From NCBI GenBank assembly GCA_965223705.1, contig OZ245015.1, positions 3,808,001 through 3,872,000 of the forward strand: a stretch of 64,000 bases of DNA. The letters are read 5' to 3'. A program made the position numbers and the translations under genes. Each line of letters begins with the position of its first letter. The first letter of the stretch is position 1. Below, piece after piece: positions 57,097 through 64,000 of the stretch. The notes beneath the pieces are model-generated. The model saw only the letters and a list, made by a program, of their open reading frames with translations. It made no database searches and was not told the origin of the DNA. The DNA is from Myxococcota bacterium (GTDB lineage: Bacteria; Myxococcota_A; UBA9160; UBA6930).

Positions 57097-58065
57097 ATGA
57101 GTGAGATATTGGTGGCCGGTGGCGGCGGATTCATCGGTGGCCACTTGGTGGCGGACCTCCTCGCCAAAGGCTGTTCTGTTCGAGCCGTCGATATAAAACC
57201 GTTTGACGAATGGCACCAGCGGTTCGACGGGGCGGAGAACCTGAGTCTCGACCTGCGGGACCTCGGACATTGCCGGACCGCGGTCCGCGGTGTCGGGCAG
57301 GTCTACAACCTCGCCGCCGATATGGGCGGCATCGGCTTTATCGAGGCCCACAAAGCCGAGTGCATGCTGTCCGTTCTGATCAACACCCATCTCCTGCGCG
57401 CGGCGCAGGAGGCCCAGGTGAGTCGGTTCTTCTTCTCTTCGTCGGCATGCGTCTACAACGCCGACAAACAGTTAGACGCGAAGGTCGTGCCGCTTCGCGA
57501 AGAGGACGCGTACCCGGCGCTCGCAGAAGACGGTTACGGCTGGGAGAAGCTCTTTTCTGAGCGCATGTGCCGCCACTTCGGCGAGGACTACGGCATGGAG
57601 ACCCGCGTCGCCCGCTATCACAACATCTACGGCCCTCACGGCACGTGGGACGGCGGCCGCGAAAAAGCGCCCGCGGCGATGTGTCGCAAGATCATCGAGG
57701 CGCAGCACACGGGAAGCGGCGTCCTCGAAATTTGGGGAGACGGCGAGCAGACCCGGAGCTTCGCTTACATCGACGACTGCGTTCACGGCACGCAGATGAT
57801 CGCGAACGGTCACTACGCCGAGCCGATCAACTTGGGTTCCAACGAACTCGTCACGATCAACCAACTGGCTTCGACGGTCGAGGCCATCGCGGGTATCGAG
57901 CTCGAGCGACACTACAAGCTCGACGCACCAAAAGGCGTCAACGGGCGCAACAGCGACAACGAGCGCATCCGCAGGGAATTCGGCTGGGAGCCCTCCATCA
58001 AGCTCCGCGAGGGACTCGAGCGGACCTACGCCTGGATCTACGACGAATGGCGGCGGAGTCGGTAA
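57097..58065 (+). CDS. GDP-mannose 3,5-epimerase-like NAD-dependent epimerase
   Basis: AGGGGFIG, NLAADMGGIGFI, SSACVY, YGWEK, GGREKAPAA, IWGDGEQTRSF. Confidence 0.88.
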   Translation: MSEILVAGGGGFIGGHLVADLLAKGCSVRAVDIKPFDEWHQRFDGAENLSLDLRDLGHCRTAVRGVGQVYNLAADMGGIGFIEAHKAECMLSVLINTHLLRAAQEAQVSRFFFSSSACVYNADKQLDAKVVPLREEDAYPALAEDGYGWEKLFSERMCRHFGEDYGMETRVARYHNIYGPHGTWDGGREKAPAAMCRKIIEAQHTGSGVLEIWGDGEQTRSFAYIDDCVHGTQMIANGHYAEPINLGSNELVTINQLASTVEAIAGIELERHYKLDAPKGVNGRNSDNERIRREFGWEPSIKLREGLERTYAWIYDEWRRSR

Positions 58066-58069
58066 CGCC

Positions 58070-59080
58070 ATGAGGCGGTGGGCATTCCATGGGGCCGTCG
58101 CGTTGATCGCGGCCCTGTGTGTCGTTTCGTGCGCGCGGTCTCCGCGTCCCGCGCCGACGTCCGCGCCCTCGGTGGAAATGCCCCCCGCCGAAAACCCCGC
58201 TCTTCTCGCGTTGTGGAACGAACGCCGCGCGACGCGGGTCGCAGCGCTACCCCTCGGCGCCGGTGATCGTCTGCGGATTTCCGTCCCGGGTCTGCCCGAG
58301 TTTTCTCCCTTGGAAACCGTGGTCGGAGCCGACGGAAATCTGTCGTTGCCACTGATCGGACCGCTGCCGGCGGAGGGACGCAGCGACGCAGAGCTAACTC
58401 AGGATCTCGAGCGAGCCCTCGAGCAGTACATGTACGACCCCCGTGTCAGCGTTGTGGTACTCGACGCGGCGAGCCGCATGGTGGGTGTCATCGGAGCGGT
58501 CGCGAAACCCGGGTACTACCCGATGCGCGATGCCATGGATTCCGTACTCGACCTGGTCGCGGCGGCCGGCGGGCTCAGTGCGAAAGCGTCGACCACGCTG
58601 CAATTGATTCCCTCCGGATCGGGGGCCAGCGCTCCGCTCGCACCCGGGAGCGAAACCGATTCCGAGCTGGTGGCGATCGACCTGTCGGCGAGCGCACCCG
58701 GCACGGCCGCTCTCTACGCAACGCTCCCGGTTCGCCCGGGCGACGTGCTGATTGCGACCGAGCGCGGTCAGGTCTTGGTGACCGGTTGGGTCGAAGCCCC
58801 CGGCGCATATCCCATTTCTCCTGGCATGACCGTCCTCGCTGCCGTTTCGGCGGCGGGAGGAACGCAATATCCGGCCGACCGGAATGTCCACGTTGCGCGC
58901 AACAGCTCGGGAGGCAACAAGCATCAGCTGAAAATCGACCTCGAAGCCGTCGAAGAGGGACGCGCCATCGATCTGCCCGTCGCCGACGGCGACGTGATTC
59001 ATGTGAGTTCGACGGCGCCGAAAGCGGCGGGTTGGGGCTTGTACCAGCTCGTGACTTCACTTTTGAGCATCGGCCTATGA
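58070..59080 (+). CDS. polysaccharide biosynthesis/export lipoprotein (Wza/OPX) with SLBB domains
   Basis: Lipobox-like VVSC; LGAGD, V..DG..SLPLIG, V.G.V..PG.Y repeats. Confidence 0.88.
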   Translation: MRRWAFHGAVALIAALCVVSCARSPRPAPTSAPSVEMPPAENPALLALWNERRATRVAALPLGAGDRLRISVPGLPEFSPLETVVGADGNLSLPLIGPLPAEGRSDAELTQDLERALEQYMYDPRVSVVVLDAASRMVGVIGAVAKPGYYPMRDAMDSVLDLVAAAGGLSAKASTTLQLIPSGSGASAPLAPGSETDSELVAIDLSASAPGTAALYATLPVRPGDVLIATERGQVLVTGWVEAPGAYPISPGMTVLAAVSAAGGTQYPADRNVHVARNSSGGNKHQLKIDLEAVEEGRAIDLPVADGDVIHVSSTAPKAAGWGLYQLVTSLLSIGL

Positions 59081-61278
59081 ACAACGCCCTCGAGCCGCGC
59101 AGCTCCGATCGACGCATGGCGCCGCGTGAGCCCGCCCCGGAGCCGCTGTTTGCCGAGCCCGCGCAGCCCGGGTTGACACCGGGACGTCTGCGGGAATTGC
59201 TCCACGTCTTGCGCAAGCGCCGCGGGCTGCTCGTCGCCATCTGGGCCGGCGTGGTCGCCGCCGGGATCGGTCTGCTGATGTTGGCAACACCGGTGTACAC
59301 GGCGAGCGCCGTGCTTCAAATCTCGCCGCGCGCGGCGCAGGGCACGCATCAGCTGCTGCCCCGAGCCGAACTTCAGTCTCGTGAAGTCACGACGTTCTAC
59401 GAAACGCAGTACGAACTCCTGCGGAGCCGCAGTCTCGCCGAGCAAGTGATCGCGCGTGAGAACCTCTTGTACGACCCGGTTCTCGAGCTGCGACCGGAAC
59501 GACCGGAGCTCGAGGCCTCGGCCACGTCAGACCTCGTCGATCGCTACAACGACAGCTTCCTCTCGGTCTCCCCGGTCGCCGACACACAGCTGGTGCGCGT
59601 CGCGATGACGCTTCCACACCCCGAGCTCGCGCGGCGCGTCTTGTCCGCTCATCTGACGGGATATTTGGAGCAAGAACTCGCGCGCAACACCCGCGCGAAC
59701 TCCGAGGCGCGCGATTTTCTTCGCGCCGAACTCGCACGCCTGCGCGCCGAGCTCCGCGACGCCGAAGCCGAACTCAGCGACTACCGTCGCGAACACGGAA
59801 TTCTCTCACTCGACGGCAAGGAAAATACCGTCGTCGAGCGCTTGGCGGATCTCAACAATCGGCTCACCGCCGCGCAGGTGAGTCGACTTTCGAACGAGGC
59901 GCAGGTCCACCTCCTTCGCGACGGCGGGAACACCACGCTTCCGACGGTGGTCTCGGACCCGACCATCCAGGCCTTGAAGCAGCAGCTCGCGTCCATCGAG
60001 GCGGAGCAGGCGAAACTCGGCGCAACGCTCAAGCCGACCTATCCCCGCTTGGTCGAACTCGCTTCCCAAGCGAACTCCCTGCGCGCCCGAATCGCGGCGG
60101 AGACCGAGAACTTGGCGTCTGTCGTCCGTTCCAAGCACGCCGCCGCCCTCGAAGAGGAGCGCGCGTTGCGGGAAGAGCTCGAGGCGCAGCGACAAATGGC
60201 CCTCGAGCAGAAAGATACGACGCTCCAATACGCGTTACTCGCCCGCGATCTCGAGACCACGCGCTCGCTTCACGACACGGTGTTGCAACGACTGAAAGAA
60301 ATCGACCTGGTCGCCGAGACCTATCCGTCTCACGTGTACGTCATCGACCCGCCGACGAAGCCGTCGTCGCCTTCCTTTCCTCGCTACGGAACGAGCCTCG
60401 CGCTGGCGAGCCTGGTGGGTCTGATGCTCGGGGTATCGACGGTGATGGGGCTCGAGACCTTCGATCGGAGCATCCGCTCACCGCGAGAAGCGAATCAGTC
60501 CCTGGGGCTCCCGGTTCTGGCTTCGGTTCCGGATTTCCGTCGGCTGCCAGAGGGCGGGCTCGCTCCCTCGGACAGCGACCTCATCAGCCAAGTTTCGCTT
60601 TCCGAAAGCGTCTCGACGGGCGTCGAGCTGTCGCCCGCGCCGGAATCGGTGGTCACCGAGGCCTACCGAACGATCCGTACGAACCTGATGCTCAACCGCC
60701 GCCGCCGCGATGCGCGCACGATCCTCGTAACGAGCGCCCGCCTTGGCGAGGGAAAGACCGTCACGGCACTGAACACGGCGATTACCTTCGCGGAATACGC
60801 CGTACCGGTGCTCCTCATCGACGCCGATTTCCGGCGTCCGACGTTCCAGCACTCCCTGGGCCTCTCTCCGAGGGCCGGACTTTCGGACGTTCTCACCGGA
60901 CAGGCGAAGGCTGCGGACGCCATCGTCAAGAGCCAACTCGGACTGTCGTTTCTCGCCGCCGGCAGCTCCGCCGCGCAAACGGGGGCGCTCCTCGGCTCGG
61001 AACGCATGCAGGAACTCCTCGACGCGCTGAAGGAGGAGTACGCGTACATCCTGATCGACGGTCCGCCGATTCTTCCCGTCGCCGACAGCGTCGTAATGTC
61101 GACCCTCGTCGAAGGGGTCGTCCTGGTCATCGATCAGCCCGAGACACCGCGAGAACTCGCTGAAGAAGCCGAGAGGCGACTCCGCGGCGTGGGTGCGTCG
61201 CTACTCGGTTGCGTGCTCAATCGCGTCCGCCCGGACGATCCCACCTTCGCGCCTTCGGTGTTGGAGTACTACGGCTGA
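59077..61278 (+). CDS. wzc: polysaccharide co-polymerase tyrosine autokinase (Wzc)
   Basis: Two TM, long coiled coil, EAYRTIRTNL, TSA..GEGKT, LIDADFRRP, IDGPP. Confidence 0.92.
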   Translation: MNNALEPRSSDRRMAPREPAPEPLFAEPAQPGLTPGRLRELLHVLRKRRGLLVAIWAGVVAAGIGLLMLATPVYTASAVLQISPRAAQGTHQLLPRAELQSREVTTFYETQYELLRSRSLAEQVIARENLLYDPVLELRPERPELEASATSDLVDRYNDSFLSVSPVADTQLVRVAMTLPHPELARRVLSAHLTGYLEQELARNTRANSEARDFLRAELARLRAELRDAEAELSDYRREHGILSLDGKENTVVERLADLNNRLTAAQVSRLSNEAQVHLLRDGGNTTLPTVVSDPTIQALKQQLASIEAEQAKLGATLKPTYPRLVELASQANSLRARIAAETENLASVVRSKHAAALEEERALREELEAQRQMALEQKDTTLQYALLARDLETTRSLHDTVLQRLKEIDLVAETYPSHVYVIDPPTKPSSPSFPRYGTSLALASLVGLMLGVSTVMGLETFDRSIRSPREANQSLGLPVLASVPDFRRLPEGGLAPSDSDLISQVSLSESVSTGVELSPAPESVVTEAYRTIRTNLMLNRRRRDARTILVTSARLGEGKTVTALNTAITFAEYAVPVLLIDADFRRPTFQHSLGLSPRAGLSDVLTGQAKAADAIVKSQLGLSFLAAGSSAAQTGALLGSERMQELLDALKEEYAYILIDGPPILPVADSVVMSTLVEGVVLVIDQPETPRELAEEAERRLRGVGASLLGCVLNRVRPDDPTFAPSVLEYYG

Positions 61279-61302
61279 TGTCCCGCGAGGCGAAGTAAGG
61301 CG

Positions 61303-62766
61303 ATGAACCTCGCAGCGCCTAGAGGGGCGGCGGCGCGAACGGTCGGGCTGCGTCTTCACTTCGGACCGCTGGTGCGTCAACGGATCGTTCGAGAAGCACT
61401 CGGTGCGTTGGACCTCATCGTCGTCGCCGGCTGCTTCGCGCTCTACGCCGCGTTGCGAGAAGGCGCGCCCTTTCCGCTCGGTCCTCTCGGGCTCTTCGCC
61501 ATCGTGCTCGTCCTGGCGATCTGGCACGCGGTCTTCCGCGCGCTCGGTCTCTACCCAGGAGCGCCCATCGTGTTGCGGCCCGAAGGGTGGCGTCTCGCTG
61601 CCGCCGCGGTTTTCGCCGTCGCAACCGGCGCCCTGACAGCGCACGTCGCCGACTTCTCGGTCTCCGCGCAGGCGCTACTCATCGGCGCGCCCTCGGTCGG
61701 CATCGCTCTCGCACTCGGTCGGGCGTCCTTTGCGCGACTCTTGAGTCTCGCGCTGCGCAGCCCTCGGCGTCTGCAGCGCGTACTCGTCATCGGGAGCGGT
61801 CACGCCGCGCTCGATTTCGCGGAGCGAATTCGCTCCATCCCGGAACTCGGATTCGAGGTTGTCGGCTTCGTGGACGACCACTGGCGCGGCTTGGAAGCGT
61901 TTCGCAACCTCGGCCAACACCTGGTCTCGGATCTCAAAAACGCTCCGGACTTCCTGCGCGAGGAAGTCGTCGACGACGTCGTGATCGCGGCGCCCTTGTC
62001 CGCCGTCGGCGAACACATGGGCCCTCTCCTACAAGCCTGCCGAAGCCTCGGGATTCATGTTCGAATTCTCGGGTCTGCGTTCGATCATTTGCACGCGGCG
62101 CTCCCGGATCTCGAAGACGAAACCGCCCTGGTGATCAGCGCGAGCGCGAGTATCAGCGATCAATGGTCCTTGGTTGCCAAGCGTGCCTTCGACATCGTCG
62201 CTTCGTCCGCTCTGTTGATCGCGACGTCGCCGCTTCTAGCCGGAACGGCCCTTCTGATCGCTCTCTCATCGCCGGGACCGGTCTTTTTCGTTCAGGAGCG
62301 GCTCGGATTGCGGCGGCGACGGTTCGAGATGTTCAAGTTTCGAACGATGCGCGACGGCGCGGAACGAGAGGTCGCGAAGCTCGAAGATCGCAATCAAGTC
62401 GACGGCGCAGTGTTCAAGATCGGCGATGATCCGCGGCTCACGCCGATCGGAAAATGGCTGCGCCGCTTCAGCATCGACGAACTCCCGCAACTCTGGAACG
62501 TCTTCCGCGGCGACATGAGCTTGGTCGGTCCACGCCCGCTCCCGGTTCGCGACTACCTCCGCTTCGAGGAGCTGCCCCATCTGCGCCGGTTCAGCGTTCG
62601 ACCCGGGTTGACGGGCCTTTGGCAGATCAGCGGACGCAGCACCCTTTCTTTCGAGCGGTGGATCGAGCTCGACCTCCGCTACATCGACGAGTGGTCGCTC
62701 GCCCTCGACGTGAAGATTCTCGCCAAGACGCCGGCGGCGGTGGTCTCCGGTCGGGGGGCGTATTGA
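61303..62766 (+). CDS. initiating phosphoglycosyl transferase (WcaJ/WbaP-type sugar transferase)
   Basis: N-terminal TMs, KRAFDI, KFRTM, DDPR.T, DELPQL.NV..GDMSLVGPRP, PGLTG.WQ. Confidence 0.94.
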   Translation: MNLAAPRGAAARTVGLRLHFGPLVRQRIVREALGALDLIVVAGCFALYAALREGAPFPLGPLGLFAIVLVLAIWHAVFRALGLYPGAPIVLRPEGWRLAAAAVFAVATGALTAHVADFSVSAQALLIGAPSVGIALALGRASFARLLSLALRSPRRLQRVLVIGSGHAALDFAERIRSIPELGFEVVGFVDDHWRGLEAFRNLGQHLVSDLKNAPDFLREEVVDDVVIAAPLSAVGEHMGPLLQACRSLGIHVRILGSAFDHLHAALPDLEDETALVISASASISDQWSLVAKRAFDIVASSALLIATSPLLAGTALLIALSSPGPVFFVQERLGLRRRRFEMFKFRTMRDGAEREVAKLEDRNQVDGAVFKIGDDPRLTPIGKWLRRFSIDELPQLWNVFRGDMSLVGPRPLPVRDYLRFEELPHLRRFSVRPGLTGLWQISGRSTLSFERWIELDLRYIDEWSLALDVKILAKTPAAVVSGRGAY

Positions 62767-63539
62767 TGGAGATCGTCGAAGCAAGCGGTGCGTGGCCTCC
62801 GAAGCTCCGCGTCTTCGACGTCGGCGTAAGCCCGGTCGATTATGACCGCGCCGAAAGCGCGGTCATCGCCGCTGCCCGGCAGCGCCGGGGTGGCATCGTC
62901 GACCACATGTCGGTGCACGGATTGATGCTGGCGCGCCGAGATCCCGAATTCCGTCGTATCCTCTGCGACTTCGACCTGGTCGCCGCCGACGGTCAGCCGG
63001 TTCGCTGGGCGTTGAACCGCTTCCACGGAACCGCCCTCGAGGATCGGGTTTACGGCCCCGAACTCATGCTCCGTTTGTGCCGCCGTGCCGCGACCGAGAA
63101 GATGGGCATCTATCTGTTGGGCGGAAGCGAAGCGGTCCTGTCGGCGTTGTGTCGACGGCTCCCCGAGGTCGCGCCGGGGCTCGTGATCTCCGGCGCGGAA
63201 TCGCCGCCTTTTCGCGAACTCACGTCCATCGAAGAGACGGAGACCATCGACCGCATCAACCGAAGCGGTGCGAGCTTGGCATTCATCGGGCTCGGCTGCC
63301 CGAAGCAAGAAGCGTTCGCCTCGCGCAACCGCCACCGGGTCCGTGCGGTACAGCTCTGCGTCGGCGCGGCGTTCGACTTCCATGCCGGCGCGAAACCGAC
63401 GGCGCCGGCCTGGCTCCAGCGCGCGGGGCTCGAGTGGGCGTTTCGGCTCGCGACCGAACCCCGTCGGCTGTTCTCCCGGTACCTCGTCAACAACACGCTC
63501 TTCCTGTTGAGCTACGCCCGTGGCAATCGCCCTTCCTAG
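62766..63539 (+). CDS. WecB/TagA/CpsF family glycosyltransferase
   Basis: ADGQP, RVYGPELM, GLGCPKQE, VGAAFDF, GLEW.FRL..EPRRL..RY. Confidence 0.93.
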   Translation: MEIVEASGAWPPKLRVFDVGVSPVDYDRAESAVIAAARQRRGGIVDHMSVHGLMLARRDPEFRRILCDFDLVAADGQPVRWALNRFHGTALEDRVYGPELMLRLCRRAATEKMGIYLLGGSEAVLSALCRRLPEVAPGLVISGAESPPFRELTSIEETETIDRINRSGASLAFIGLGCPKQEAFASRNRHRVRAVQLCVGAAFDFHAGAKPTAPAWLQRAGLEWAFRLATEPRRLFSRYLVNNTLFLLSYARGNRPS

Positions 63540-64000
63540 ACAACGGGGCGGAATACAACGGGCCTATGCCGCGCTGTTGTACCCGCCGCTCGTCATCGCG
63601 GGAGCCGTCGGAGCCATCTGGTACCCCCTGCCCTCGCTCGCCGCCGTCACTGCGCTCACGGGTTTCTCCATGTTGGGGCGCGACGTCGTCGAGAGGCTCC
63701 CGCGGGTTTTTGCGATCGTTTTGGGTGTCGTCCTCGCCGGCTATGCATTTCTCGGACGGGGCTTTGCGCACTTGGGCGTGCCACCGATCTATGTCGGCGA
63801 GATCGCATTGGCGATCGGGGCCGTCGCGCTGGTATTCACGGGACGGATCCGACGTGCCCTCGAAGCTCCGGCAGCCTGGATCATCCTCCTCCTCGCACTG
63901 TGGGGCGCGCTCCGAACCGTGCCCTATATCGACCGCTACGGTCTCGACGCCCTTCGAGACGCAACACTGTGGGGCTATTCCGCGTTCGCACTCATCGTCG
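63520..64000 (+). CDS. O-antigen ligase/polymerase-like membrane protein, 3'-truncated by window edge
   Basis: Open frame from GTG 63520 to window end; hydrophobic; LAGYAFLGRGFAHLGVPPIYVGE. Confidence 0.65.
   Translation, partial: MAIALPRQRGGIQRAYAALLYPPLVIAGAVGAIWYPLPSLAAVTALTGFSMLGRDVVERLPRVFAIVLGVVLAGYAFLGRGFAHLGVPPIYVGEIALAIGAVALVFTGRIRRALEAPAAWIILLLALWGALRTVPYIDRYGLDALRDATLWGYSAFALIV

Overview
This is a GC-rich, gene-dense bacterial chromosome segment. Gene content and the Ffh/PlsB/MltD style suggest a Myxococcota/Binatota-like deltaproteobacterial lineage (inference). In order it holds: the end of a coenzyme F420 operon (cofD-cofC-cofE); engB and a PLP aminotransferase; a Cys-CcmE (System I*-type) cytochrome c maturation operon; an orphan 165-aa Cys4 protein behind a near-consensus sigma70 promoter and a ~275-nt structured leader; a minus-strand run (biotin carrier, GNAT, plsB, hisI, hisG, Nudix); ffh and a multi-LysM lytic transglycosylase; a second minus-strand run (2-phosphoglycerate-kinase-like, M48 peptidase, trmB, rlmN, metallophosphatase); a ParA-carbohydrate-binding-domain fusion with a degenerate ParA-like partner, an ECF sigma factor and a pseudo-hydrolase; EI24/CysZ, PMM, tatA, a zinc-ribbon protein, a PhaR-like regulator, an acyltransferase/SDR pair and an HDAC; a dcw cluster (mraZ to ftsZ, no ddl); and the start of a Wza/Wzc polysaccharide locus. 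I saw no tRNA, rRNA, CRISPR array or mobile element. The most interesting candidates are the ParA-CBM module, the orphan Cys4 gene with its structured leader, a structured RNA between mraZ and rsmH, tandem NrdR-like boxes ahead of the dcw cluster, a Nudix gene where hisE might be expected, and a duplicated FtsZ C-terminal peptide. All calls come from motif recognition by eye; no searches were run.
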